Source of the DNA: Negaprion brevirostris
Taxonomy: Eukaryota
Length of the DNA stretch: 64,000 nt
Direction of reading: 5' to 3'
NCBI GenBank assembly: GCA_030324005.1
Contig: JARDVH010000084.1
Span: 91,434,129-91,498,128 of the forward strand
Positions 12,860-26,249 of this stretch are shown here, in pieces. The notes below the pieces were generated by a model. It had not been told where the DNA came from. It did not search any database and saw nothing but the letters and a program-made list of their open reading frames with translations. Position numbers and translations under genes: made by a program. How positions within the stretch are numbered: position 1 is the stretch's first letter; every line of letters begins with the position of its first letter.

Positions 12860-13150
12860 AATCACTTCATTCGGCCCATCAAGTCTGGACAAACTCTCTG
12901 ACAGCATATTACCCAGGTCCTATCCCTGTATCCATACTTACTTACCCAACTAATCCCCCTATACTTCACATTCTGGGGCACTCAGAGGTGATTTATAATG
13001 AAAAGAAAAGACACGTAATATGCATATTGTAGGACCATAGGAGGAAACAGAGCATTCGGAAGAAATCCACGCAGTCACGGGGATAATGTCCAAACTACCC
13101 ACAGATGGTCAACCTAGATCACTGGCGCTATGACGCTACCCACCGTGACA
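12860..13150 (-). mobile_element. V-SINE
   Basis: Reverse-complement V-domain (gaggaaacagagcattcggaagaaatccacgcag). Confidence 0.65.
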
Positions 13151-15682
13151 CTGTGCCTGACCTTTGAAAGGTGAAAGAGAGCTGTCGGTGTTTGACTGGT
13201 CGTACGCTCTTGGCTGAGGAATATTGCACAACCGAGAAATCGAGGAGGAAATTGCCGAAGTTTGAGCGGGAACTCCGATATTTGGGTGCAGATTCCCTAA
13301 GTGGGACTTCATTTCAATGGGGCCAGTCCCACTACAATGAATGTAAAATTCCACCCATTGCGTGAAACCCAAGATTCCATTTAGTTTGCCTGCCACTCGA
13401 TCGATATATCCTCCGACCTTCAAAAGTCAAGGACCATTATATTCCAGACCCCTGTCTGCACTCACTATTTTGAATAATGCCATTAAAGCTTGATTCTTCT
13501 TTGCACTTCTACCACCGAAGTGCATCATCTCACTCATGTTAAACTCAACCTATCACTTCGCTGTTGTAGTCTGTTGGTATCACACTTGCTGTTTGTCACC
13601 CTTCCAAGTCTGGTATCAACGTTAAATTGTAAAGATTTTCTCTGCATTTCAAAACAATTGCTGCCCTCAATTCAAGTCTTTAATCCAATGGGACACCAAA
13701 CTTCATGTTCTCAAGTAGAAATATTGTTAATTAATCTTTTATGCAGCACTTTGCTGAAGAATTCCATCAATCCATATAGACGGTAATGATTACAATTGCT
13801 TTAGCAACATTGAATGTTACGTCACAAAACCTTAAATAGATAAGGCGAGAACTATCTGTCTTTTACATATCCATTCTCGCTAGACTTCCTCGAATTTAAG
13901 CTCTCCACCAAATATTATTTCTTAAACCTTAACCAAGGCAGGGATTAAACTAATTGGCCTGCAATTGCTACAACTGACCTGACATTCTTTCGTAATAACA
14001 CTGTCACGTTTTCCCTTCTCCAATTCCCCTTTCTGCCAGTATGTCATCGGATTCTTTTTAATTGCTCAACGTCAATATACACATTTCATTAGGTATGCTA
14101 GACTTTCCATACGCTTATCAGCACATCATATACTCTTTGTAGGACGAGGAGGTACTCCACCTCTAATTGCATTTTTCGACATCAGGTGTCGTCTGAGTTG
14201 AGGTTGACTTGCCTGTACACTAAAATCGTGTTCTGAAGTGACTGGGGATCTAATGTACGACATGAAGTGCGACATGTGGGCCAAACAACGCTTGGAGGTG
14301 TGGAGCTGTGAGAGCGTGTAGTGACTGGATTTCAACGTACTCATTATATACGTTTTACTTCACACCACATTCTGTTATATTTGGCGTGACGGTCGCTTGT
14401 AATTCAATTCAACTACATGCCTTTTGTGCATTCTTTTCAGTTTTCATTTCATCATTTATCTGAGTCATTGCCCATACAACAGTAGTCTTGCTTCCATTAT
14501 CGTTTTCCCTTATTGAGATATGTCCAGAATATACTTTAATCATTTTCTTAAAGTTCACCCATTGCCCATTATTTTTCCGGTAACTCTAAATTTCCACTTT
14601 GCCCTGGTTAGATCCCTCCTCATCTCATAGAAATTAACGCTCTTCCGTCATCAAATTATTCCTTGCTCTTCTGCATTATTCGCTTCAACCACATGAATCG
14701 GTATTGATTGTTACCATTTCCCCCCTCAGGGTGTTGCCCTCGAGAGTTCTCCATAATTGGAAACTGCAAGCCTCTTTTTACATTTAGAATATACAGTTTT
14801 AGGAAGTTAGAGAATCCACCGTTTGGCTGGGTGAATNNNNNNNNNNNNNNNNNNNNNNNNNNNNNNNNNNNNNNNNAATTCACTAAATTCATTCGTGGCA
14901 TGTTTTCCGTAATCCGCTTTTTGTACTCCTCATTGTCCTTTTTAGGCCACTCCTAAATTGAAGCAACTTCACTCCAATATTCTTATTTCATGTTACTTTT
15001 TCTTGTTTTCCGACTTTTTCTGGCGGCGCTTTTTCTGTGCCCATTAGTTGAATCCTTACACTAGCCACACGCCTTGCGTAGTCATTAATTACTGTCCTGT
15101 TGAGCAAGAAACGTCTCTTTCTGAAGAGTTGTCCCCTTCATCAGAACACGTACCCCTGCCCCAAGAATTTAAAGCACTGCCTCCTCCGATGCCATTCAAT
15201 GATCCTCCCTAATTTCCCATTTCTATGCAGCAATAAGTACCCCAACGTTTACTACCTTTTTGGTCTAACATTTGAAACGTTTTCGATACAAAATAAAAGA
15301 TACAATCATTAACAGAATACACTTGAAATTGGTAGGGTAGTTTGAAATGGCCAAACTATCACATGGTATTATGGGCATTGAATGAAGAAAAAGAACATAA
15401 AAATAGGAAATTTGTGATGAATTATCATATTTTTTCCTAATTTCTTCAGCTGGGACATTATATCCAGTCCTGATAAATAAGCATAGGCATGATATGAGCA
15501 TAAGGTAGAGGACACAGAAAAGATTTCTGAATTTTTTTTCCAGAAATGAGACATATGGATTGAATGGAAATACTGGCATACTTTTAAAGAGGACAAAGAA
15601 GACATTTCTTAATGGTCTTCATAACAACGTATGGTTTGGATAGAGCAAATAGTGAAAAATTCTCCCCAGTGGCTGTCGGACC

Positions 15683-15757
15683 AAGATGTGGAGATGCCGG
15701 CGTTGGACTGGGGTAAACACAATAAGAAGTCTGAAAAAACCACGGTTTATTGCAAAC
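15683..15757 (-). mobile_element. Penelope-like terminal repeat fragment
   Basis: gatgtggagatgccggcgttggactggggtaaacac, same family as 30948-31040 and 38120-38220. Confidence 0.6.
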
Positions 15758-16306
15758 NNNNNNNNNNNNNNNNNNNNNNNNNNNNNNNNNNNNNNAATTA
15801 GGTAAGCAACTGAAGAGGAAGAAAAACAAATAAATATACCTTTCTGGCCGCAGAGGGAAAGTGTTGCAAATCACTTGCAAGGAGGCGACAGGGACATGGT
15901 GGCAGTATGATCTCTATTATAACTTCTTTTTGATTCTATGGTTCTAACAGGCTCACATAAATGCTGCAATCATCCTAGATTAATAGGAATGGACATTCAC
16001 AACTTCCCACTTTTATTCGCAGTTATGAGATAGATGTGGTGCACGATGGAAGAATACTTAAATACACCATCCGAAAAATTAGAGGTTGACCAATGCACAT
16101 TAATTCATCCTACTTTTCATTTGGTCTTTTCCAATGCCGTTCTATGGACTGGTTGGTTCGCTTATGGTGACCAGAAAATGGCTTAGTGAGACATCGTACA
16201 TATAACCCGAATCAATCAGCACGATTGTATGCCATATATGTAAGAGATCATGTCAGAGTGCCGAACAGATGTTAAAACATATGTAAAAAAGAAACCCGCT
16301 CCTTAC

Positions 16307-16342
16307 CACTGTTAGCTGATTCTCTCTTGACTCTTACTTTTT
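16307..16342 (-). CDS. 36-nt microexon EKVRVKRESANS
   Basis: ttgttatttattttag|AAAAAGTAAGAGTCAAGAGAGAATCAGCTAACAGTG|gtaagg; only phase 1 is open; ends ACAGTG like 23575-23610. Confidence 0.75.
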
Positions 16343-17656
16343 CTAAAATAAATAACAAATATTCGTTCATCTATTGTATCTGACAACATGAATTACTGTT
16401 GACCTCCACTAAATTTTCTCTGATATCTTGCACTGCATTGTTCAAGCACGGCATAAACAATCGTTAACACTGTTTCTTAACGATTTCAAGACCTCTTCCA
16501 ACTTGAATTATACTTGGCATACAGTCGGCCGTGATGATTTTTAACTTTCGCGTTTTGAAATTGAAATGGAATTATTATTTTTTATTTATTGAGGAGTGGA
16601 TTCACTTTCGATGTTAGCATGCTCAAAATTGACAAGTTGAAATATTAACACTTTCTCATTATGTCCCGCCAATAAATTAGGCACAACTTCCGAAATTCAA
16701 ACTAGCAACTGCATCTTCTGCGCCATCTCGAAAGTGAGCCGCGACTTCTGCAGTAGCACGTTCCTTTCATGTGCTGTAAGCAGAGGTACTTTTAACTTTT
16801 GCTTGTAGTGTTAAGCTACTGTCATCAGATTTCCCTGTCGTGAAACACAATTTCTAGTTTCCTTGCCCATTGGCTTTAGCTGTTCCTTGCTTTTTCGCAC
16901 ATTAGAGACCTCAGGAAAATAAAGGTGGATGGGGTGTAACAAGAGAGTGTATATACAGATATAATAAAACAATGGTAGCCACTGAAGTTTCTTTCACGTT
17001 CTATCTATGTTAGCTTGTCCGAGTGTCCATGCAATAATTGAAATAATAAAATGCATCGCTAAATATTCAGAATGTCCCATTCGTTTACAAGGGAAAGCTA
17101 GCTACCAGGATCGGATATGTATACACTTGGAGCACCTGCTTGCATGACGAGCTTGGTAGTCCAGCAGGTTAAATCAATGCGTGGAAAATAACACCTGCAG
17201 GCTAAATCAATGTGTGGAAAATAACGCAGTTGATGATTTATATTCTGGCAGCGTCTGAGTGAAATCTGGTCAGAAGGAACAGGAAACCACATGCCGCTGA
17301 TGTTGTCAATTCTCAGATTTGTCAAAACGTTTAAAATCGAAATCATGACTGCAATATTTTCCTTCTTTTTAAATAGAACATTCGCGCCGTTTATACTTTC
17401 AGAGGGGCCACGTCTTCTACCAGGCCTCCCGATTAACTCCCACAGTGAGGCTTAATCACACACCGTTTGTAAAATCATGGAAAAGGAGCAGAAAAATCAT
17501 TGCACGTGGATAGCTCATTAAAAAAAAACACGTATCAGAGTTGATCAAGTGGGATCTATTCTGCTCTGCAACACTATGATTCTGTTCGATTTGTGAACGT
17601 GTTACCGCTCATCTGCAAACACCACTGATTTTACTTCCACATCATTTTTCTGTTAC

Positions 17657-17689
17657 CTTCAGTTGTGGATCGCTTTAATCTGTTCAAAT
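17657..17689 (-). CDS. 33-nt microexon DLNRLKRSTTE
   Basis: attttccttcacag|ATTTGAACAGATTAAAGCGATCCACAACTGAAG|gtaaca; KRS at the same position as in the 23575 exon. Confidence 0.75.
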
Positions 17690-18817
17690 CTGTGAAGGAA
17701 AATCGGTTAGATTTCACAAGTCACAGCAAGGACATTTTGAATACAAAATGTATATATTTTCTTCCCTTTTTTATGATGGAATGTAATCTTTCACTGTCGT
17801 TTATAACTTGTTCAAAATTATACATGGATTGATTTTCAGTATTTGCAATTATGATCGAAGTTGTAGTCCCATTGGAGAAGTTGGAAAACGACAAACATTT
17901 CCTTCAGTCATTTTACACTGAAAATAGCAGTCACTCACAGCGATGACAAATTTAAGTTAACAGGTAAAAAAGAAAACTAGATATGGTGAACAGATTTTGG
18001 CTTTAACGTCGTCTGTCCCATCTGACGCATGCATTTTTGCAAACTTAAGCTTTAGACAATACTGCAGCCCGTAAAATTAATGTTCATGCCGAGTGACTTG
18101 ATGCAGGAAACTGACTTTGACCCTATTGAAAATGTTCCAAATACATATACACCTAAACAAAGAATGAGATTAGCACCTTCGTCAAAATTATAATGTCATA
18201 CAGAAATTATGTTCAGTAGTGGCTTGCCTGTCTAAGTTCTGTTTTTAATATACAGCATTTGTAACCGCATTCAGAAAACCTGCAGCTGAATGCTTTGCAA
18301 CAGGTTGTGCATCCTTTCATTGCTGAGATTTTCAAATCGTACAGCCAGTGTGTTTTTACCGAATGATGCAATGCAAGTCTGGGATTTATTTTCGTTAATT
18401 GCAAGGTTGCGAAATGTGTATGGCATTGAGAACAGCGAGGTAGATTTTCAACGCAGGTTTTGGCATTAAAGAGCCCACTTGTACTGGGCAGATGTTGAAC
18501 TTCGCTTGCTGTAGCCGTTCTTTCTCCGTCCACACCTCGGAGAGAATAAAGCATTCCTCACCTCAGTCTCAAATTGGCACCCTTCATTCTAAACAATTTA
18601 ATTCAGTATGCAACAACACGTGAAGTATTTGAAAAGAAGAAGTTAAACCTTTGCAATATAGACGGAGTTAAGCATATCTGTACTAAATATTGTCATCTGC
18701 TGTACAACATATTTAAAACAATTGGAACATAAGCCATAATTAAATGAGTAAATAAGATTCTGAACTAAAGTGAAAATTACAGGAATATATTAGCTTATTG
18801 CGCGTTATAATATTTAC

Positions 18818-18844
18818 CAGCTTCTTTCTCATTAAGTTTCATTT
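18818..18844 (-). CDS. 27-nt microexon EMKLNEKEA
   Basis: catttccattaacag|AAATGAAACTTAATGAGAAAGAAGCTG|gtaaat. Confidence 0.82.
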
Positions 18845-19050
18845 CTGTTAATGGAAATGATTCCAGAAACATCTATAAATAATGCATCCGTGCTCTTGAT
18901 CGAAATGAAAACAAAACCAAATAACAAATAAATTGAACCTTGATTACTTGATATCCGGTAAATAAAAATAGTTACCGTATTTTAAGGAAGGTAAATGACA
19001 ACAGAAATATTTCTTGTGGAGCATTATTTCAAATACTGTTATCTCGATAC

Positions 19051-19080
19051 CTGCAAGTGAGAGGTTTCGTTCGGAAATAC
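19051..19080 (-). CDS. Partial (probably 36-nt) microexon ...ISERNLSLA, 5' end in gap
   Basis: Donor GCAG|gtatcg; aligns with VTKRSLVDS; the far side of the gap ends ttttgagcttgta (acceptor-like). Confidence 0.55.
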
Positions 19081-19799
19081 NNNNNNNNNNNNNNNNNNNN
19101 NNNNNNNNNNNNNNNNNNNNNNNNNNNNNNNNNNNNNNNTACAAGCTCAAAATGATCACTATTTGTTTTCTGTTGCAGCACACGCAGTTTCTTGGTAGAA
19201 TACTCAGTGCCGGTACCAAAGTAAGCATTACGGACTAATTATAAACAATTTTGCTCAGGCATAATGCCCCAGTTCCATTGTAATTATTAAATGATTACAT
19301 AACGTATTGAACTAATTTGAGGTGTTTGGAAAAAAAACATAAATATATGTTTCTTTTTCTTCTCAGGAAAGGGTCATCGCTACGCGTCCAGCTACCGATA
19401 GCCCATGGTTAGGTCTTCATTCTGTATCACCTGCAAATTTTCTTCATAACATATTGATGGAAGAGAGCGAATCCTGAGTCCAATGGTAGGAAATCCAATC
19501 AGCCAATACTTGCAAAAAGAACACGATCGAAGTTCCTGATTGATTTTTGCTGATGCCTACTGAAGAGAATAGTTAATACTCCATCACACTGTTTCAGTCA
19601 ACATTATTATGAGGTTTTCAGTTGCCTCGAGAATAGACAGTCAAAATATACGGATCTGAAAAAATACAATGCCGTTTCCCTTCTTGAAGGGGCAGCAATA
19701 AATCAGCTAGGGCTTCAAAATAATCTCGAAACATTTAAATGTATTCTCAGGCACTAGTCGATTATTACAACTTTTGTGTAAAGTAATATATTTTCTCAT

Positions 19800-20060
19800 A
19801 CAAAAACAGACAATGTTGGATAAGCTCAGGCGGTCTGATAGTATCCATGAAGAGAAATAGAGTTAGTATTTCGAATCTAAATGATCATTCTAAAGAACTG
19901 AAGAAACTCACTAACATACAGGAGTACGTAATTGGAAACAGGACAAAAGAAGTGGGGCAGAATAGAAGGCCAAGTATAGGTCAGGGTGGAGGAGATGTCA
20001 TTAAGTTTGTTATTGACGTAAAACAAAGTGGAGTTTCAATGGGGATATTAGGGGATTTTT
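19800..20060 (-). mobile_element. Degraded Penelope-like 3' region
   Basis: agagaaatagagttagtatttcga... similar to 12424-12480; decayed hammerhead-like core on minus strand. Confidence 0.45.
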
Positions 20061-20100
20061 AGCGCAGTACACAGGGTGACTGGTAGTGTCTAAAGTTTAA

Positions 20101-20696
20101 TGACCTTAGAGGGAATCTGAGAATGTTTATTTGAACTCTGGGCGGGGCGTCTGCGGCTATTAAGCAAACAGGGTGTGNNNNNNNNNNNNNNNNNNNNNNN
20201 NNNNNNNNNNNNNNNNNNNNNNNNNNNNNNNNNNNNNNNNNNNNNNNNNNNNNNNNNNNNNNNNNNNNNNNNNNNNNTAAAGATACATTTTTATACAAGA
20301 CTCACAAGGCAGGTATCGCGGTATAAAAATGTATCTTTATTTCAAGCAGCGGCTGCCAGGAGTTCATCAAATGATTAAGTAGCTCTGACATAGAGCAGCA
20401 AAAGTTCTCCGAAAATTCTGACAGTTAGTATCAAAAACAGATCAATTACAGCTTTTTCTTATCAACCAGTCCTGCCGTTCAATAAGTTTAAATTAATCAT
20501 CTTCAAGGTACATAATTCAAAAATAATACCTGACGAAAACTCTGGCCAATCGCATTCTAATCCTCAACATAACGGTATTTTACTAAAATCCAGAAGCTGG
20601 CACCTGTCTTAGCTGACCCCACACCCTGTTTGCTTAATAGCCGCAGACGCCCCGCCCAGAGTTCAAATAAACATTCTCAGATTCCCTCTAAGGTCA
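20101..20696. repeat. Element with perfect 77-bp inverted termini around a 100-N gap
   Basis: 20101-20177 is the exact reverse complement of 20620-20696. Confidence 0.8.
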
Positions 20697-21149
20697 CTGT
20701 CCCGTCAGACTAACTCATGATACTATACCTGAGCACCAGTGCATCTCGTCCGAACAGTGAATAAATCCTATCCACGAAAGATGATTAAATATTCTCAGCG
20801 TTCTTTCCAGCTGAAACTTTACCAGGTAAGAATTTCATATTTCCAAGTCCCAAATATTCTCTTGAAATATGGCTTTGCCACATTGCCATGTACCATGATG
20901 CCTTGCAGTAAACTGCCTTTGGCCAAAGCGAATCAATAATAAAACATTCAAAGTATCAGCACGTGTTTTGCAAACATAATCACTCATTTAAATTAATCAC
21001 GGCATTGCATATGAGTACATTGCTCTTGTTAATTATTTTTAAAGTAATTTAGTTTAATGCTGCCAGTGCCTTAACCTTTACTGAATTAAAAATCATACCA
21101 CTCATTCGAAGTTCGACTTGCAGGAATGAAGAGCGTCAATTGTTGCAAA

Positions 21150-21430
21150 AGATGGGCAGCAGAATTTGATATTGGGAGGAAATGAACAACCGGGGAAGAC
21201 AGCTAAGTGGAGGAGGGTGGGGTTGTACTGGGGCAAGTCAGGGAGCTGAAAACAAACTGAAAACAAATCACAAAAGAGGAAAGTTGTCATTATGAAGGGG
21301 CAGTTGTTTGCCTAAAGATTTTCAACTCAATGTTGAGTCCAGAGGGCTTTAACGTGCTTAATCGGAAGATAACATGCTGTTCTTCAAGTTTGCGTTGAGC
21401 ATCACTGGAGAATTGCAGCATGCCTACGAA
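21150..21430 (-). mobile_element. Penelope-like element, GIY-YIG endonuclease C-terminus
   Basis: Minus strand GMLQFSSDAQRKLEEQHVIFRLSTLKPSGLNIE, the typical PLE 'R...E...I..L.TL.P.GLN' motif. Confidence 0.8.
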
Positions 21431-21436
21431 AGACTA

Positions 21437-21662
21437 AGGGCACCACGGTGGCACGGGATAGCACTGCTGTCTCAAGCATCTGGTACCTGGGTTCGATTCC
21501 TGGCNNNNNNNNNNCTCAGGCATGCTGGCTGAATTTGTTGGCTTCTTAAAATTCTCTCTCAGTGTAACCAAGCCGGCAATGGACTATGGCGACTAGCGGA
21601 TTTTCACAGTACCTTCTTTGAACTCTTAATGTAAACCTACTTGTGCTACTAATGAATAAATA
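21437..21662 (+). mobile_element. V-SINE variant with non-CR1 tail
   Basis: Head gggcaccacggtggcac...gggttcgattcc; tail ggcgactagcggattttcacagt...ctacttgtg...aataaa. Confidence 0.65.
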
Positions 21663-22848
21663 AGCGTTAATTGGACATGTGAGCTTGATAGCAAGATATT
21701 GTTGTTCGTCCATCGTCATCGATGACGACCTTGACACCATTAGTCATTTNNNNNNNNNNNNNNNNNNNNNNNNNNNNNNNNNNNNNNNNNNNNNNNNNNN
21801 NNNNNNNNNNNNNNNNNNNNNNNNNNNNNNNNNNNNNNNNNNNNNNNNNNNNNNNNNNNNNNNNNNNNNNNNNNNNNNNNNNNNNNNNNNNNNNNNNNNN
21901 NNNNNNNNNNNNNNNNNNNNNNNNNNNNNNNNNNNNNNNNNNNNNNNNNNNNNNNNNNNNNNNNNNNNNNNNNNNNNNNNNNNNNNNNNNNNNNNNNNNN
22001 NNNNNNNNNNNNNNNNNNNNNNNNNNNNNNNNNNNNNNNNNNNNNNNNNNNNNNNNNNNNNNNNNNNNNNNNNNNNNNNNNNNNNNNNNNNNNNNNNNNN
22101 NNNNNNNNNNNNNNNNNNNNNNNNNNNNNNNNNNNNNNNNNNNNNNNNNNNNNNNNNNNNNNNNNNNNNNNNNNNNNNNNNNNNNNNNNNNNNNNNNNNN
22201 NNNNNNNNNNNNNNNNNNNNNNNNNNNNNNNNNNNNNNNNNNNNNNNNNNNNNNNNNNNNNNNNNNNNNNNNNNNNNNNNNNNNNNNNNNNNNNNNNNNN
22301 NNNNNNNNNNNNNNNNNNNNNNNNNNNNNNNNNNNNNNNNNNNNNNNNNNNNNNNNNNNNNNNNNNNNNNNNNNNNNNNNNNNNNNNNACTGGGAGGTAG
22401 TGGTGGTGACAGGCGAGGGGGGCGGGAGGGGGGGCGTGTGGTGGTGGGGGACGAACATGGTAGTGGTTGGGGGATGCGGGAGAATGGATGGGGGTGGGGG
22501 TGGGTGAGGGTAGCCGGCGGGGATGAGTGCAAAATATGATAATTGGCGGCAACATAATGGTTTTCTCAGAAATGGCGGAGGAGTCCACCTGCGGTGTTAC
22601 ATCAGCATTTTTTAAATTTTAGATTTCCAGTATCCACAGCATTTTGCTTTTATAATATTGTTGTAAAATGTTTGTCCGCCATTTGTGCTAGATTCTTCCC
22701 ATAACGGCGAGGCGTTGAACACATCTTTCCCAGATGTTTGCATTATATTAAATGCTACATAAACAAGATTCAAGTTCCGATTTGGGGAAATCAGTTTTCA
22801 ACAGTAATAGAAACGGTTTTGTAAAATGACACATTTTCAAACGTTTAC

Positions 22849-22875
22849 CGTTTTCTTTGTCTTTCAGAAGTTTTT
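22849..22875 (-). CDS. 27-nt microexon EKLLKDKEN
   Basis: tcttttcctcaacag|AAAAACTTCTGAAAGACAAAGAAAACG|gtaaac. Confidence 0.82.
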
Positions 22876-23574
22876 CTGTTGAGGAAAAGATGCAAACGGT
22901 AGAAGTTCTCAAGAGTATCATTGCTTCATGAACATTAATAAAATTAATGAAATGATGCTGCTTTTGGTGGAACATTTTGGATTAGTTGGAATGCAGTATC
23001 ATTGCGTTGCATCCGGCCTTCTTTCTTATAGTATATGTGTGAACTTGTCTGGGTTGGAGAACATCGAAATTAACCAATGCATTCATTCAGGACTTTATCA
23101 TTCTGGCCTTCGAGTGAAACGGAGTAATGGTAGAAAATTGCAATGAACATTTCGAATGCTTGGACGAGAACAACAATGTTCATGGATGTGTGCTTTGCTG
23201 AAATGCCTGCATTTGCTTTGTCCATCCCCATTTACCACAGAGAATTTCGTGGAATGGTACATTCTAGAATAAAAAACGAACAGCTAGCAAGAATACTTCA
23301 GAAGGGCAGTGAATGGTTAACCGCTTTTCTGTTCATCTCGAGATACATATAAAAGGGACCATTCCTAAACCAAATGCTGTTTTTACAAAACTCCTGCAGT
23401 TTCATCGTCCTCGTTGCTCAAGTGAATTTAATTTGTTCCAGCTGCCATCTTGACATTTAAAAATCTAGACCAGAGTCATTAATCAAAGCCTTTGGATTTC
23501 CACATGAGTAACTTAACCATTCTGATACAGCAGTGCTAATGCACTACAAATGCATTTGCCGCATATGGACTCAC

Positions 23575-23610
23575 CACTGTCCACAAGACTTCGCTTTGTA
23601 ACTTCATATT
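23575..23610 (-). CDS. 36-nt microexon EYEVTKRSLVDS
   Basis: tttcgatttatttcag|AATATGAAGTTACAAAGCGAAGTCTTGTGGACAGTG|gtgagt. Confidence 0.82.
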
Positions 23611-23631
23611 CTGAAATAAATCGAAACGAAA

Positions 23632-24135
23632 GATAAGACCAAAAGAACGAAGAGCAGAATTAGGCCATGTGGCCCGTCAAGCCTGCTCCGCCATTCAATA
23701 AGTTCATGGCTGATCTTTTCGTGGACTCAACTCCTCTTACGCGTCCGCTCAAAATAACGCTTAGTTCCATCACTGTTCAAAAATCTATCTGTATTTGCCT
23801 TAAAAAAATTCAACGAAGTAGCTTCAACTGCTTCACTGGGATAAGATTATACATAATCATGTGTGGCGAATTTATATGACGAATTTCACCTCAAACCAGT
23901 CCGAAGTCTGCTCCCCCGTAATTTGAGGTTATGCTCCCTGGTTCGATTTTCACACGCCAGTGGAAACAGCCTTCCTACTTTTATCTGATCGATTTCCTTC
24001 ATAAGTTTATGTTTCTGTAAAATTCTCTCCTCATTCTTTTAAATTCCGACGAGCATCGTCTCAATCTACTTTGTCTCTCCTCATACGTCAGACCTCTCAA
24101 TTCCGGAATCAACGCAGTGAAATCTCTTCTGTACC
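23632..24135 (-). mobile_element. CR1 3' end
   Basis: taggccatgtggcccgtcaagcctgctccgccattcaataag is the reverse complement of a CR1 tail. Confidence 0.75.
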
Positions 24136-26249
24136 CTACTTGACTGTTTTACTTTTCCTAAAGAAAATGAAATTGTTGCGAAGTGCATGCAATGGAATGC
24201 AGCGACAAAAGTCCGGCACAGGAATTAGCTACTAATATAAGCATTGCGAGAAAGGAAATAGGATTAAAGCGCAAGTATACGTTTGCTTTGGCAATGACAG
24301 GACTTAGCGCATGTTGCATTACATTCCATTTCCCCCCGTTACCATTCAAAAATAAGCAAATTGGGTGCAATATATAACAGTTCAGTGAATATTTAGGCCA
24401 GACAAAATCAACTTGATACTTCATACCCTCATAATTATGAGGATAATGTGAGTCAAAATTTGCAACGAAACTGAGTTGTGGAGTTGCTCCGAACAGTGTA
24501 CGAAATAAATTGACACGATTTAGACACAACACTTCCGTCTGAGCGAGATGTGACGGGGCAGCTCTTTGTAAAATTTATGCTCGTATCGTCTACTTACGTT
24601 TGGATACCTGCTTTTAAAATTCCTATGAACCTTGCAGACATTTCGATATATTCAAAGGAAATGTGGACTTTTAATTTGAACCGAATAAAATGTAATGACA
24701 TTTTCATTGAAAATTTTAGAAATACATGTAATAGTCTATTCCGAACTTATTGTGCTTAATAATTTTCAATAACTTTCTTTTCGATGAAATTGTCGACAGA
24801 TACTATTCCTGTTTCAAATCTTGAAGTGATACTTGAAATTAACAAGCGACACTGCAGCATCTCCACTCTATTTGATGTGTTTAACTGAATTATATTGCAA
24901 GTCGAGCTGTTGTCCATCTGAGAATTCTGGACCTCATTTTAAGTAGAGCTTTGCAAAAATACTTTCTGACAGGGTGAATGGAGCATTTCATTCAAAGCAC
25001 TGCTGATACATCTGACATGAAGTTACGGATAATTTGCAGAAATAAAAGTGCATTCTGCTCAACCTGTGTGGGCTAGTCATGTCCCGAAGCGTTTCTTAAT
25101 ACAAGACTTCACCTACTACTCTAAATGCAGTTCATTTCCTTACTCTCTATGACAGGTGCGCTGTGATATTTATTCACGTCTGCTTTCTCACTTGGTAGTG
25201 AGGTACACTTAGCATCCAGTTCCCCTGTCAGTGCATTTTTCTGAGAACACTGTTGAATTTATTGATATGTATCATATAGTTCTTGCCCCAAATTTCGCTC
25301 GTGGAACGTTGATTGCTCCCTTTTTGGACTACTTCCTGCCTTATCTTTTCTGACATTTAGACCTTCAGTCTATTGAGTTGTTTCGGATATTCTTTAATTT
25401 CATGTAGCTGATTAATCCCTGTAAATCAATTTTCTTTTGCATCTCTCCAGGACATGTGCTTTTCTTTTGCAACGCGGAGCCTAGACTTACACACTTTGCC
25501 CCTTATTTGTGCTCTATCAAAGAAACATATTCAAAGTTAATACAGTTTCCATGAATTCAAATTCCAACTTTCGATGAATAAACCTTTGTGTTTTATATTG
25601 ATGTTTGTTGCTTAGATGTCTGCGTTTTGTGAATGTGAAACCCTTCGACCCTTTGTCCCTTCAACCGTTTAGAATATGATTGACTGAGGCATTTATGGCC
25701 TCCTTACACTTCGTTACCAGCTCGGATTTATCTGGATCAAAATTTACAAGCGAATTCTGCCAATCATTTAGCAGAGCAATTCATGTTGTGGTGGCATATT
25801 CTGTACGAACGCTAATACGATACTGCAACCAGGAGCAACGTCAACATATCCACGCATTAAATGGTGCTGCGATGGAGGCATATGAAACATCATTTGTCAG
25901 TGTCTTTAGGGAGGGTCTTCGAGGAAGAAAGTGAACAGCGATTCAAACCCGATTCATGACAGTTAATCTATATTTTTGTGACTCAACAGCTGAAGGATTT
26001 GTGGTCTAAGGATTGCATTTAGGGTTGCTGCAGGGCCAGAATAAAGGAATAAGATTTTCTTGTGGTGTATGCATCCTAAGGAGATATCAGAAATAGGGAA
26101 AGTGAATACTTGAATGAATTACCATGCTAATGTCTGACAGGTGAAATAACTTGGAAAGCATTCTAAAGCAGAAGCAGATGTTGGATATGGAAATGTTCTT
26201 GGAGAGTGGACCGCAGTTGACCCAAAAGGAACGCAAATCAAAAATTCAC

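Noticed and set aside
17376-19480. Chain of plus-strand small-exon candidates (17663, 18261, 19179, 19367)
   Set aside because: Inconsistent phases and no coherent peptide; one overlaps the better-supported minus exon 17657-17689.
22389-22525. G-rich tract with Pro/His-rich antisense ORFs
   Set aside because: Low-complexity sequence at a gap edge; no coding evidence.
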